Part shown: in pieces, positions 37,058 through 49,756 of the stretch
Layout: each line of letters starts with the position of its first letter
Numbering within the stretch: the first letter of the stretch is position 1
Assembly: GCA_022605425.2 (NCBI GenBank)
Contig: CM061247.1
Coordinates: 248,001-312,000 of the forward strand
DNA: 64,000 nt
DNA from: Hamiltosporidium tvaerminnensis FI-OER-3-3
Lineage: Eukaryota > Fungi > Microsporidia
Direction of reading: 5' to 3'
Notes under the pieces: generated by a model
Seen by the model: the letters and a program-made list of their open reading frames with translations, nothing else
Database searches by the model: none
What the model was told of the DNA's origin: nothing
Translations under genes and position numbers: made by a program

Positions 37058-40000
37058 TTTATGGGGTTGAATTTTTTAGAAAAAAAAATATAAATTTTTA
37101 CCAAGAATTATCTGAAAAAAAAACGGACTTTTATTTCACAGATTTTTAATTTTTAAAAAAAATATTTAAAAATAAAAATCAATGTTCTCATTTAAAAGAA
37201 GGCAATCTAATGTACAAGAATACTTTTTTTTAAATTTTTTACTTCATAAGAGCTTAAAGAAAGATATGTAATTAAAAAAAAAGAGATTTATTTTACAAAT
37301 TAAAATTCTGGGGATTTTTTACATAAAATAAATGATAATTAAAATATTCTGAATTCTCAAAAACATTTGAGTAATTATATTGTTTATAATTTATTTTATT
37401 ATATTGAAAGGCTTCTTTGATTTCTCTAATATTGAAAATTAAGGAAAATGGCTATGGCTTGTGTGACATTATATTGTTTATTTATTCTTTTTAAATATTC
37501 TCTTCATTTTTTCTTCATGTTTCTTGTAATTATACTTGAAAGGTATGTTTAAATGTCATTATACTCATATTTCTATTAACGATTAAGTTGCGGGGGTTTT
37601 TTATTTATTTTTCAACATTACCCAATATTATTTCCTGATTCCAATCTTCAAAACACCAAATAAATGTGTAAAATGTTCTTTTATTTTACTAAATTCTATT
37701 TTTATTCGAGTAAATTTGTTTTTTAAAAATACATTTTATGGTGTTTAAATGAGTATCTTCGCATGTTAGCCAAACAAAGAAAAATAAATAAAAAAATACT
37801 CGGCTTACTTTTAAATATTTATATTTCTACTTCTTTCTGTTTACATTATTTCAAGTAAATCTTAAAATGTAATTTATACTTCGAAAAATATATTCATGTT
37901 CAATTTGTTATTTAAATGAAATTATTGAGGCAGTTATCTAAAATTTTGTTAATTGCGTGTATATTAATGTCTAATTTTATTTCTCAATAAAATTGTAAAT
38001 AACTATTGAATAATATGATTTATAAGTTAGGAAAATTAGATTCAAGTATTAAAAAAATTATTTTAAGCCTATATGGTCATAAACATGCATCTTTTCTCAA
38101 ACTGAGATTTAAACAAAGCATTATATAGTCACATTAATAAGGGGGCTTTTATTTTCTTGGCATCAAAAGATAAACTTTTGAATTTATAAAAAAACTACAT
38201 ATTAAGATCAGAGATCTTCAAAATGTTACTCACCACACGTTTTTTCCAGAGTAAGTGTTTTTTTAAATAAACTGTAAAAATAAACTAAATTATTAAAAGA
38301 AATTTATTTATTTAATTAATGTTTTTCAACCACTTATCTAATTTTTTTATATTTTTTTATCCTAAAAATTCAAAACAAAATGACAAAAAACATTGAATCC
38401 TAATTTATCATTAAGGAGATTGATGTAGTTGATATTTGGCAATAATGATTCGTGGAAACCGTAATTTAAACTTACTGGTATATATCATCAATAATGGTAT
38501 CAAACGCTTATCTGTTAATTCTGATCTATAATTTTTTTATATTTAATTTAATGTCGTATTTTATAATGACACCCAATTCTGTCCTCCTGCTTAATTTTAC
38601 CCTGGCCAAAAGTCAAATCCAACAGATCATCAATCACATTTACTAAATCGGGGCGAGCCTAATAAACTCTATTTATGATTTTTTTAGGGGAAAATTAACT
38701 ATTTTGTGAGGAATTACAGAAATTTAAATGAATAAGACAATTTTAAACTTAAAAATATATCAACTAAATTAAAAATGATTAAAAAAATGTGTTCAAATTA
38801 ATTTAAAAAGAGTAAAAAAAGGAAAAGAAGAAAATTAAAAAGAAACCATATAAATATCTGAAAAAAATTAAATAAACGTAAAAAAAGTAAATTTTAATGT
38901 TTTTCTTTTATTCCCTTTTTTATATACTTGTATTATCACTTGTATTCACGGTGCTTTGTTTTACTTTTCTTACAAATACACATTTTTTTAATTTAATCTA
39001 AAATATGAAAATATATAAAATAAAGATCATAAGCCCTTAAGCCACTAAAACTGCTTTAAATTAAAGGGTTTAAAAATATAAATTTTATTACTGCTTTTAT
39101 TAGCATACTTTTACCCCATGCTATTCATTTGACAGGGAATGCAATAAAGAACAACGAAGAAATAAAATTAAATAACAACAAAAATTACGTACATTTTAGT
39201 AAGAAATTCTTCCAAAACCGAACATATAGAATGTTAGAATCTAATTGAGACAGTGGAATTTTTAAATCTTAATTTTAAAAACGAAACCATAAGTTTTTTT
39301 CGAGACGACGGTATTTTATTATAGATTTATTTATTTTTTGGAAGGGGAGAGACAGAATAAGCTTGACATTACGTAATCAATAATAATCTACTCGTAAAAG
39401 ATATTTAACCTTTCTAAATACACATTCTATAGACTAGTTTTTAGGTATATTTAAAAACCCTAAAAATTGACGTTTATAAACATCACGGTGAATTTTCTTA
39501 TTTTTTTATTGGATTTCTATGTTATAGAATGGAAAAAATCAGTTTTCTAAGGGCCAAAAACATATCTAAAAGTTCCATACATCAATTTTTAAACTGAATT
39601 CGTTTTTAGATGAACTCTTTCTCATTTATATCACATTTTCTGATTAACTTGTAACTGTATTTCTTATAAAAAATTATTTCACTGTAAAAGAATTAAGATA
39701 TGAAAAATACTTTAAAGTTATAACTTTGCAGCATTGCATTTTTGTTTTATCATTTATATAATTCAGTAATGTTCCGACGACGATTCACCTCGTAATGTTT
39801 AATTGGTTAAAAGAATATAAGACACCAATAAGAATGCTCCAATTAAGATATGTCGCTTTCTATTTGTTCATAAATCTTACACAACCAATAATAGTGAGTA
39901 GAATTGAACATAAAACAATTAAAAATATTCTATTGATTGAAAAAAAATGAAATAAACATTGTTACAATTGTTTCCAGACCTTAGTATTTATTAAGAATAA

Positions 40001-40680
40001 CATGATAAGTTTGTTTTTTTAATTTTTCTAAAGTATTCCGTTGAAAAAATTTAAATTAATTTGTTCTGATAATTTTTCTACGAATATATAGTTGCGTAAA
40101 AAACTTATGATACAAAGGATGCTTTTTGCCGTTCTTCCGTGCAATTTTTTATATTCTCAATAATAATTGCATAACGCAAATATGGCTTGAATAGCTTCAT
40201 GGAACTTTATACTTGATTTAATCATCTAATTTTATAAAAAAACTAAGGAATCATACAATAAATAAATTAAATAATACAGCATATAGTTATAAGAATATTT
40301 GTTCGGATAAAGAAAATTTATCGATAAAAAAGACAGAATTCATTAAAAATAGGTGGAAGGTGAAATAACAAACATAAAATGCCGATCTGAAGCTCTGAAA
40401 TTTGAGTAAATAGAATAAAGAAGAATAATACGCCAAAATAAAAAAAGATCCTAAAATTTTATTGAGAAATTGCTTAAAAGCGGCAAATAATTCAGATATG
40501 AAGGAACAAAAAATATAAGATATACAGACTAAGTGAGAGTATAAAATTTTTAATGAAATTATTGAGGAAATATGGCTCAGAAAATGAAGTTTAAGATTAT
40601 TTTCGGGATTGTTTTCTTATGATATAAAAGAAAATTCGTTTCACTAGCTTAACGTCTAGTATCTATATATTGCATTATAT

Positions 40681-41392
40681 GTGAAAGAATGATAAACATA
40701 TTCAAAATGATCCGCTTGTGAATGAGTGTGTCAAATATGTATGAAATCATTGTTTGGGATTTTTGTGGGGATAAAACCACCACTTATTTTAGATTGTTCA
40801 ATAAAAGTTTGTATTGGTGGGGGAAGTCCTCAATATGTCGAAATTTTTTCTACAAATATATTTTGTACTTTTGATATGGAACTAGATCAGAGACCTCAGC
40901 GGAACCTGTAAATACTTTACATGTAACAGCCTAAAAACCTAGCCTCGGTCACTCAGGTTAGAAGACTTAGCGCTTAAGAGCTACAAAAACGAAACCCATT
41001 AAAGTCAGGAAGTTAAATAGCAGGCTATATCTTTTGATATTACATTGCCTATCTAAGTAGGCCTATGTAAGGGGCGAAATAAATCTTAGCTAGAATTTTA
41101 TTAAGTTCGGAAAATGTGGAGTAAGACAGAATGCGTATAGTCTTAGGGAAGCCTATGATGAGGTTCTACCTACGATCACACACCATGTAATTGACAATAA
41201 AGAACTCTGAGGAACTGCCATACCCATTAATTGGCCTCTACACATCTTCTAAATGAAAATATTTGGGATTTAGGTATCCTAGAAGACACAAATAGAGTGT
41301 TGGAGCAGGAGTTATTTTTGTTACCCTAGAACTGCATTAATATCATGAAAACAACACGTCACTTGCCATTGTTTTAAAAGATGTGATATTTT
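40681..41392 (+). mobile_element. ~730-bp dispersed element, old diverged copy C
   Basis: Collinear but much more diverged, and lacks the terminal aataaag. Ends ~125 bp before LRR gene 2. Confidence 0.85.
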
Positions 41393-41517
41393 CCAATTCA
41401 CCAAAATTATATTTTCTTATGGAATTAAAACAGTTTTTTATCTATGTTTTTAGATTTTAATATTTCTGATTAAATTAATTTATTAAAATTTTTAATCTAA
41501 AAGATATCCCTGTGTAA

Positions 41518-43773
41518 ATGAAATACATATATTTTGCGGCGATAATTTTTAGCAAATTGAGTGCGAATCAATTTGTGTCCTTCTATTTTAGCAATAAGGG
41601 TTTTGATTTAAAAGGAGAATCTATAATACTCAAAGATATAGAGCTCTCGAACGAAGAAAGGCAACAGTTAAACGATCTAAGATCATATCGTAATATCGTG
41701 AAAAAAATACAGAATAAAGACGACACACCTTTATTTACAACAAATACAGATGATAAAAGCACAAAAATAATCTATCCAGGAAATATCAAATTCAAAATAG
41801 GAATAATTGAGAATATGAAATCTCAAAAATATCCGAAGTTCTATGTTGGCCATTTAATATCAAAAGAAGTATTCGAATATATGATCGAAATATTATGTGA
41901 TATAAACCGCATAAATTTCAAGTTACCTGCCTTTTTATATATACAGTTAATCAATGGTATTATTGGTTTAAAGCCAGAAACAAATTTTTACTTTCGTAGC
42001 TTACTATCACGTTTGAACTATTGGGCTTTTACTGGAAACCATTTAAATGAAATTATCAAGAATAAAGATACGTTGAATTTCGATAATTCTTTTACAAAAC
42101 AATTTTTTTATATGACTGCCTTCATTTCATATTTGAATTATCTCAACATTTCTGTAACTTTTTTAAATTCAAAAATGATACTTTCAAGTTCAAGTATTAC
42201 CAATTATAATATTTATCCGTCAAAAGATAAATTAGATAATAAATACAATTTAATATTTGAAGATAAAACTTTGATAATTTTTTTTACAAATATTAATGAG
42301 CATAATAGACTATTATATGAATGGATGTTCCTTGAAATGGATAATATTGCAACAATAACATTTTTAGATCTTAAGTCCTTGAATTATATTAATATTGAAG
42401 AATGTATAAATTGCTTATTATACAAAGAAAATATGTCATTAGAAATCATGGAATGTCTTAATATAAAAAATTACATCAGAAATATAAATAAATTCAGAGT
42501 GAAAAAATTAAAAAAGATGAAATTAGAAGATATTCATTTGACTTTAGAAGATCTTTCAAGTTTTTTAGAATTCAAAAATATTGACAACATTGAATTTGAT
42601 AATTGTAGTTTTGATGAGGGTGAAATATCGGGTGAATTTACATTTGTGTTTTCGTGCATTCAAATCAATAATATGAAAATCAGCAATCTTGTGGTTAGCT
42701 TTCTTAAAAAAGCATTTTTTGGCTTTTTATATCTAAAGAATGTGGAATTTATTAATTCCTTTGGTTTACTTAATATTTTTTCTGATACAGAGGAGGGCAA
42801 ACATGCCAATATAATAGAATTAACCGATTTAAATCTAAATGATGATTTTTTTGATTTAATATTCTATTTTAAAAACTTGAATATCATCGAAATGAAATCA
42901 GTGGAAAATGTATCTTTTAAAATTAAAAACAAAGAAAGGTTGGAATTAATTAGACTAAAAAGAATTTCGATTAAAGATTGTGGTTTAACAGATGAAACAA
43001 GCAATATATGGTTTATTTCGGGCTTAAATTTCCTAATATTATACAGAATTAAGAATATTTCTGCATTATTTAAGAATATAAATGACGAAAAAAATACGGA
43101 ATCATTAGAAGTATTAAAGATAAAGGGTACCCCTTTGTGTCATTCAGATATGGAAAATATATCAAAATTTTCAAACTTAATCAAACTCAAATTACACAGT
43201 TGTAATTTAGATTCATCTCACTTAATTTACATTAAAAAAGTTACATCTCACGCTGAATTTCGCAAGATAATTTTGACAAATAATAAAATATATGAAGTGC
43301 CAGGTGGATGCAGGGGTATTTTTAAAAATTTTGTGTTTGCTATTTTAGATCGTTGCAATTTTTGTGCGGGTTCTATAAGTTTATTATTTGAGGAAGCTAA
43401 AAAAAGTTGCATCGAAGTCTTGGATTTCAGTTATAATTCTTTAAATAGAAATGATCTTATATTTATTAGCGCTCTTAAAAGATTAGTAGTTCTTAAAGTA
43501 AATGGAGTAAAATTAGAAGGAGATGCGGAGCTTGATAATTTAACTTTAAAAGGTCTACCAAAGAATTTGAAATATTTAGAAATAAAACAACTAAATATTT
43601 GTACGAAGGATATCGAGGCATTGGCTAAATTTACGGTTTTAAACGAACTTAAAATATCGGAAGATTCTTATAAACTCTTAAAAAAAACTAATATAGAGAT
43701 TCCCTGCAGAAATATTAGGATAGGAAAAAAGAAAGATTATGATTCGATTGATAGCAAGGAAACTGATTCATAG
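41518..43773 (+). CDS. Signal-peptide LRR-like protein, paralog 2
   Basis: 751 aa, N-terminus MKYIYFAAIIFSKLSA, same architecture as paralog 1. CCC motif upstream. Confidence 0.88.
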   Translation: MKYIYFAAIIFSKLSANQFVSFYFSNKGFDLKGESIILKDIELSNEERQQLNDLRSYRNIVKKIQNKDDTPLFTTNTDDKSTKIIYPGNIKFKIGIIENMKSQKYPKFYVGHLISKEVFEYMIEILCDINRINFKLPAFLYIQLINGIIGLKPETNFYFRSLLSRLNYWAFTGNHLNEIIKNKDTLNFDNSFTKQFFYMTAFISYLNYLNISVTFLNSKMILSSSSITNYNIYPSKDKLDNKYNLIFEDKTLIIFFTNINEHNRLLYEWMFLEMDNIATITFLDLKSLNYINIEECINCLLYKENMSLEIMECLNIKNYIRNINKFRVKKLKKMKLEDIHLTLEDLSSFLEFKNIDNIEFDNCSFDEGEISGEFTFVFSCIQINNMKISNLVVSFLKKAFFGFLYLKNVEFINSFGLLNIFSDTEEGKHANIIELTDLNLNDDFFDLIFYFKNLNIIEMKSVENVSFKIKNKERLELIRLKRISIKDCGLTDETSNIWFISGLNFLILYRIKNISALFKNINDEKNTESLEVLKIKGTPLCHSDMENISKFSNLIKLKLHSCNLDSSHLIYIKKVTSHAEFRKIILTNNKIYEVPGGCRGIFKNFVFAILDRCNFCAGSISLLFEEAKKSCIEVLDFSYNSLNRNDLIFISALKRLVVLKVNGVKLEGDAELDNLTLKGLPKNLKYLEIKQLNICTKDIEALAKFTVLNELKISEDSYKLLKKTNIEIPCRNIRIGKKKDYDSIDSKETDS

Positions 43774-44758
43774 CAATTAAAAATTTTTTATTTGTTTTCT
43801 TTTGAACAATGTTTACAATTTTGTGTATCGAGGCTTCATTTTAACTCAATAAAAAATTTCTAATTGAAAAGAATATTTTTTAAATTTGATAGTATCATAT
43901 TTCTCTTATATAAAGTATTTTTTGGCTCTTTATATTTAAATTACATCCAAGCTTTAGCTTTCGTTTGAAATATAATTGTTTTATTTGTTTACAAATAGTA
44001 TTGATATTAATATTTTGAAAAATTAGTATTAATTCTTTTTTTTATAGCAAATTTTTATATTTAATATTTTAATTATCTTAGTATAATTCATACTCAAAAT
44101 TTTATACATGTATCTATCTATTCTATGATTATTCTAACTATTTGTAGAAATATTTTTTATATATTTCTTTTTAGATTGTTCTTTTCCATACGGATGAAAT
44201 ACAATACATACATGAAATAAAGCTTTGTCAGAAAATAAATGTTCAGTAGTAATTTCTATTTCTAATGATAAGTTTTCAGCATACGCAAATGATTACCGTA
44301 CGAATGATACAAGGTTTATCAATCGAATATCAAACCCGGCTCTTGAAAGCCAATCCCGATATTTGTAATCAACAACTATTATCACAGGCATATTCATTGG
44401 TTTAAAAATAATTGAAATTACTTGTGGTATATGCATTAATTTGAAAAACTATTTATAACTTTTTCAAGTTGAAGCCATTATATACAAATATTTTTTTTTA
44501 ATAAGACATATAAAAATATATTACCATTCCTTGGGGAAAATATTCAAACTGAAAATCCATCTATGATAGTAAAATTTATGACTTAAAATTCATTCATAAA
44601 AACAGAAATCATAAATCAATCTCAACCCATGAAATTAGATGTATGAAAATTTTTACCTTATATGGTGTTTTAAAACATATATTCTAAAAAAAAACGTTCT
44701 CCTCAAATATTTTTTTAAAATTATTTTCTTTAAAAACAAAACATATTTCTGTCCCTTT

Positions 44759-45289
44759 ATGGATGGAAAAAGTAGTGAGAAAATATCTGCGGATTTTTTT
44801 ACACATTTATATGGAGCAACCGTAAAACATTTATTAAATGAAAATGAAGATTCAAATGATATTTTGATAAATGTAGGTGAGAAAATAGGAAATAGACTTA
44901 TAGATGATTATTTTTATAGAAGTAATTGTAAAAAAACCATGAATATAAAAGAAGTAGCAAATAATATTTGCAACACGTTTTTTCCTTTATATTTAGGATA
45001 TTCTCCACAATTAATTGAAAACAATGGTATTTTTTCCATTAAACTCGAAAGCTTCTATCTTCTAAAGTTTATTGATACAAGTAATGAAGAAATATTTTCT
45101 AAAAAAAATGTAAAATTTTTGAATATATTTGTCGGTATTTTAAAATCTGTATACTCTTATCTTTCTAGTGACAAGATAGTGTTTACAGATAATTCTGATA
45201 AGGAATTTATTATTTCAGTTTCTGAGGTACAAAAAAAAGAAAATGAATCCTTTGTAATTTTAGACACCAAAGTAAATATTGAAAACTGA
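44759..45289 (+). CDS. BET3: TRAPP complex subunit BET3-like
   Basis: KISADFFTHLYGATV and VGEKIGNRLIDDYF match the BET3 N-terminus. The start is placed at MDGKSS, after ccc-ttt, instead of 44639. Confidence 0.82.
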   Translation: MDGKSSEKISADFFTHLYGATVKHLLNENEDSNDILINVGEKIGNRLIDDYFYRSNCKKTMNIKEVANNICNTFFPLYLGYSPQLIENNGIFSIKLESFYLLKFIDTSNEEIFSKKNVKFLNIFVGILKSVYSYLSSDKIVFTDNSDKEFIISVSEVQKKENESFVILDTKVNIEN

Positions 45290-45424
45290 TTTATATAAAA
45301 ATTTCTTTGTGCCTATATTTTTAATTTCATTCATACTTTTATTAAACCGGTCAATATAGACGTGCTGAATTTAAAATAATACTAAAAACTTATTTTAAAA
45401 TTGATTTCTATTTACCATGTTTAG

Positions 45425-46150
45425 GTGGAGGGAGGATACCCACATAAAAAAACTTTCTGCTTGGCAATGAGTATGTTAATTGGTTTGAGGATCATTGTTT
45501 GGATTTTTGATGGGTATAAAACCACACTACATCTTCGTTATTCCATGGGAGTTGTTATGAGGAGGAGAGGTCTAAGAAATTGCGAAACTTTTTCTACAAA
45601 TTTATTTGTAATTTTTTATGTAACTGGACCAAAGGCCGCAGCTGAACTCGTAGGTAATAGCCATTTAAAAGCATGGAAACCTAGCCTTGCTCACTCAGGT
45701 CAGAAGACTTAGGGCCTGGGAGATATAAAATAAAAAACTATTTAAAGCAGGGAGAGCTAAGTAGCAAATTATACCTGTTGGTATGACATTGCACTATCTA
45801 GGTGGACCCCATGTAACTCTCTGAAAAATATCTTAACTAGAAGTTTATTGGGTTCAGAAAGTGTAGAGTAAGTAAGAATGCTGCATAGTCTTAGGGGAGA
45901 GCAGGGTAAGTTTCAGCCTTCGATCACACACCATGTAACGGACATTAACGAACTCCGGGCAACTGCCTCGCCTAGTAATTAGGTTCTACATACCTGGTAT
46001 ATGAAAGGCTTTGGAACGTAGTTAGCGCAGAGAGTACCCTTGGAGTGTTGGGGTAGCAGATTTATGTTTAACCTAGAACTGCGTAATGCCATGAAAACAA
46101 ATATAACACTTGCTACTGTCTTAAATAGATGTAATACTTTTAAATAAAGT
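45425..46150 (+). mobile_element. ~730-bp dispersed element, copy D
   Basis: Full-length and collinear, ending tttaaataaagt. Confidence 0.9.
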
Positions 46151-46628
46151 TTATGACAGATTAATTTCGAAGTTTTTGCTTTAACTGATAAATTTATTTT
46201 CAGAGAGGTGCAATACGACCGTATGAACATTTAAGCTAACTTTCACAAAAGTATTTTTATGCTAAAATAAAGTTATAAATTATATAAAAAATATGAAAAT
46301 TTATAAGAATAGCTGTGATATATATTTTATCAGAATATACGCGGTAGAATCTTCAATATGAAATAGATAAAGGAATAAACAAAAGTATTTTGTGAATTAA
46401 AAAATGTATGCCTTATTGAGACCGAATTATTCTAATATTATTACACATAGAAATATTAGTAAATCAAAATGAGATCTGTAGTGAACAGTATACAAATAAT
46501 ATTTTTAAAGACAAAATTAAATGATTTTCATTCCATCTAATCAATTTATTTAATCTTCTTATCTAAAACCGCAATATTTAATTTTCTTCTGAATATTTTT
46601 AAGATAAACATATGTAAAAATTATGCTA

Positions 46629-48890
46629 TTATTTTCTAGCCTTAAAGATTTCTTCCAATGCCTTTTCTTTGTTTTTAGTTTTATTAATTTGTAAAGCCAA
46701 TTGTATTTCTGAGTTTTGAAACGTATCAACAGTACCGCTATTAAAACAAGATATATTTCTTTTGATTTCCAAAGAATCATTGATAATTTTTGGATTTAAA
46801 AACTTGGAAGCAATTTCAATTCCATTAATTATTTTATTTATTCCGGATGTAACCTTAAAATTACAATTTTTTAAAACATTTACATTTTGGTATTTTTTTA
46901 AACATAAAATAATTTCATTAAAATGAGTAATAAAATATGTAAAAGATTTTTTAAAAACCAAATATTTTGATACAACTACTGAAAAAGATATGCTATCTAA
47001 ATAACTTGTAGATCTTCCTAATTCATCTATGATAATTAAACTATTTGAATCAGAAAAATCCAAAATATTTTTTATGTCCAATAATTCTACAGCAAATGAA
47101 GATAAATTCATTTCCATGTTATCTTCACTGTTTAATCTTGTTAAAATATTTTTAAATGGTTTTAAAGATGCATATTTGCCAATGATTGGACAACCTATCT
47201 GACCCATTATACAAATAAGAGCTATGTGTTTGACATATGTTGTTTTACCACTCATGTTTGTTCCTGTAATTATATTGAAATTTAGATCAGGACAACAGTA
47301 AAAAGAATTTAGAATAGAGTTTTTAGCTGTAAAAAATGGATGATGTGATTCTGTAACTATTAATGAATCCCCGAATTCTGGAATACAACATTTATATTTT
47401 TTTGTAAAAATATAAAATGATATAACCAGATCTACCAATCCTATAATATTTCCCAAAATATGGAAAATTTCTAGAAATGAAAATATTTTTTTCTTTGAAA
47501 ATTCAAATATTTTACTAGAAATTTCCATTACTTGCAAATAAGAATCTTTAATTCGTAAATTTATTTTTTGTACTTCAACTGAAGTAAATAAAATAAATCC
47601 TTTTTTTCTAGAAATTAATATAAATTCTGTACTGGCATTCTGAATTGAAAAGGGATCTTCTCGTATAATATCATCATTTTGATTTTTATAAATATCTTTA
47701 TAAAAATTATCTTCAATTATTTTAAATTCATCGGATTTAATTTTAAATAAATAACCTTTTGCAGTGTCAAACACCAAATTTATACTTAAAGAATATTTTG
47801 ATTCATAATCTGACAGAATTTCATAAAGATCATTTAAGTTTTCACTATATATTTGTCTTGAAATATCTAACTTCGTATCAACACCATTTCTAATTATTTT
47901 AATACAACTTGATATATTCTCTTGTGTATTATGAGAATATAAAGCAGTTCTATCGAATATTTTATTTATCGAATTAATTATTTCGGATATTTCTGGCCGA
48001 AATATAATATTAAAAAAGTCTTTGAGAATTAAATTTTTTGTGAGAATTTCTTTACTCTCATATTTTTGGTAAAAAGATTTTATCCCTTCAATTATATTGA
48101 ATAAGGAATTTAATTTAACACAACAACCAACATCATATTCATAATTACTGTCGCTTCTTTCTTTATATAAAAAATTTATTATCTGATCAATGTCAACAAG
48201 ACTTTTAAAATATTTTTCCAAAGTATGAAAGACTATTTGATTTTCAGAAAAAAATATTATTAAGTCATGTCTATTTGTAATCTCATTGGTATCCAGTAAA
48301 GGTTGTGCTAAATTATATTTCAATAGTTTTTCCCCCATTTTAGTTTTTGTATTTTTTAATAAACCATAAAGGGTAGGTCCTTTGTTATCTTTACTCTTGA
48401 ATATTTCTAAATCTTCAATGGTTTTCTGTGAAATAAACATAAACTGATCCAATAAAATATATTCTAAAAAACATGAATTTATATTTTTATCAAGAAATTT
48501 GTATAAAGCTGATAAAGAAGAAAGCGTAAAATGCTTATCTCTAAGTGATTCTATATTAAAATTATTTTTAAGGTTTTCTAATATTAAAGAATCAATATCT
48601 TCCTCAAAATTGTTTCGAGGTAAAATTATTATATCTGATTCTTGTACTTCTTTGTGTAAAATATTTTCTAAAACATTTTGATTTTCCGAAATTATAATTT
48701 TATTTACAGAATCTATTTTTAATCTTTGAATTAATATATGAAAAGACCAATTGTCTGTAAATTCAAAAATTTCTATTTTGTTTGTTGTACTTTCATGGAT
48801 AGAAAGCCCTACTAGTGGGAACGTACTTCTACTTATTGCTATACACGCTGTTTTTGTTTGGTTATCAGTCCTATCGCAATTCATAAGCAT
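46629..48890 (-). CDS. MSH4: MutS-family protein, most likely meiotic MSH4
   Basis: Motifs TKTKMGEKLL, ITGTNMSGKTT (Walker A), DNMEMNLSSF, IIDELGRSTS and FITHF. No recognisable mismatch-binding domain I. MutS assignment is secure; the subfamily is less so. Confidence 0.75.
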   Translation of the reverse strand: MLMNCDRTDNQTKTACIAISRSTFPLVGLSIHESTTNKIEIFEFTDNWSFHILIQRLKIDSVNKIIISENQNVLENILHKEVQESDIIILPRNNFEEDIDSLILENLKNNFNIESLRDKHFTLSSLSALYKFLDKNINSCFLEYILLDQFMFISQKTIEDLEIFKSKDNKGPTLYGLLKNTKTKMGEKLLKYNLAQPLLDTNEITNRHDLIIFFSENQIVFHTLEKYFKSLVDIDQIINFLYKERSDSNYEYDVGCCVKLNSLFNIIEGIKSFYQKYESKEILTKNLILKDFFNIIFRPEISEIINSINKIFDRTALYSHNTQENISSCIKIIRNGVDTKLDISRQIYSENLNDLYEILSDYESKYSLSINLVFDTAKGYLFKIKSDEFKIIEDNFYKDIYKNQNDDIIREDPFSIQNASTEFILISRKKGFILFTSVEVQKINLRIKDSYLQVMEISSKIFEFSKKKIFSFLEIFHILGNIIGLVDLVISFYIFTKKYKCCIPEFGDSLIVTESHHPFFTAKNSILNSFYCCPDLNFNIITGTNMSGKTTYVKHIALICIMGQIGCPIIGKYASLKPFKNILTRLNSEDNMEMNLSSFAVELLDIKNILDFSDSNSLIIIDELGRSTSYLDSISFSVVVSKYLVFKKSFTYFITHFNEIILCLKKYQNVNVLKNCNFKVTSGINKIINGIEIASKFLNPKIINDSLEIKRNISCFNSGTVDTFQNSEIQLALQINKTKNKEKALEEIFKARK

Positions 48891-48977
48891 AAAAATAGAA
48901 AAAATTACAAATTATTTTGTGCATAAACAGATATTTAAACTTATATTAAAAAATTATTCATAAAAATTTGTTAAATC

Positions 48978-49708
48978 ACTTTATTTAAAAGTATCACATC
49001 TTTTTTAAAACAGTGGCAAGTGTTATATTTGTTTTCATGACATTAACGCAGTTCTAGGTTTAACATAAATAACTGCTACCCCAAAACTCCATCAGTAACC
49101 CCTGCGATACCTACGTCCCAAAGCCTTTCATTTACCAGGTGTGTAGAACCTAATTACTAGGCGAGGCAGTTGCCCGGAGTTCGTTAATGTCCGTTGCATG
49201 GAGTGTGATCGAAGGCCGAAGCCCCCCCTGGGCTCCCCCAAGACTATGCAGCATTCCCACTTACTCTACACTTTCTGAACCCAATAAACCTTCCGGCTAA
49301 GATATATTTCAGAGAATTACATGGGGTCCACCTAGACAGTGCAATGTCATACCAACAGGTATAACCTGCTACTTAGCTCTCCCGGCTTTAAATGGTTTTT
49401 TGTTTTATATCTCCCAGGCGCTAAGTCTTCTAACCCGAGTGAGCAAGGCTAGGTTTCCATGTTTTTACATGGCAATTACCTACATGTTCAGCTGCGGTCT
49501 GCAATCTGGTTACATAAAAAACTACAAATAAATTTGTAGAAAAAGTTTCTCCATTTCTTAGACCTCTCCTCCTCATACAAACTCCCATGGAACAACCGAA
49601 GATGTAGTATGGTTTTATTCCCACCAAAAATCCAAACAATGATCTCACACCAGTTTCACACACTCATTGCCAAGCAGAAAGTTTTTTATGTGGTTATCCT
49701 CCCTCCAC
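48978..49708 (-). mobile_element. ~730-bp dispersed element, copy E, with 14-bp TSD
   Basis: aaaatttgttaaat occurs at 48963-48976 and 49711-49724. Confidence 0.92.
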
Positions 49709-49756
49709 CTAAAATTTGTTAAATAATATAGAATTTAAGTATTATATTAATTATCG

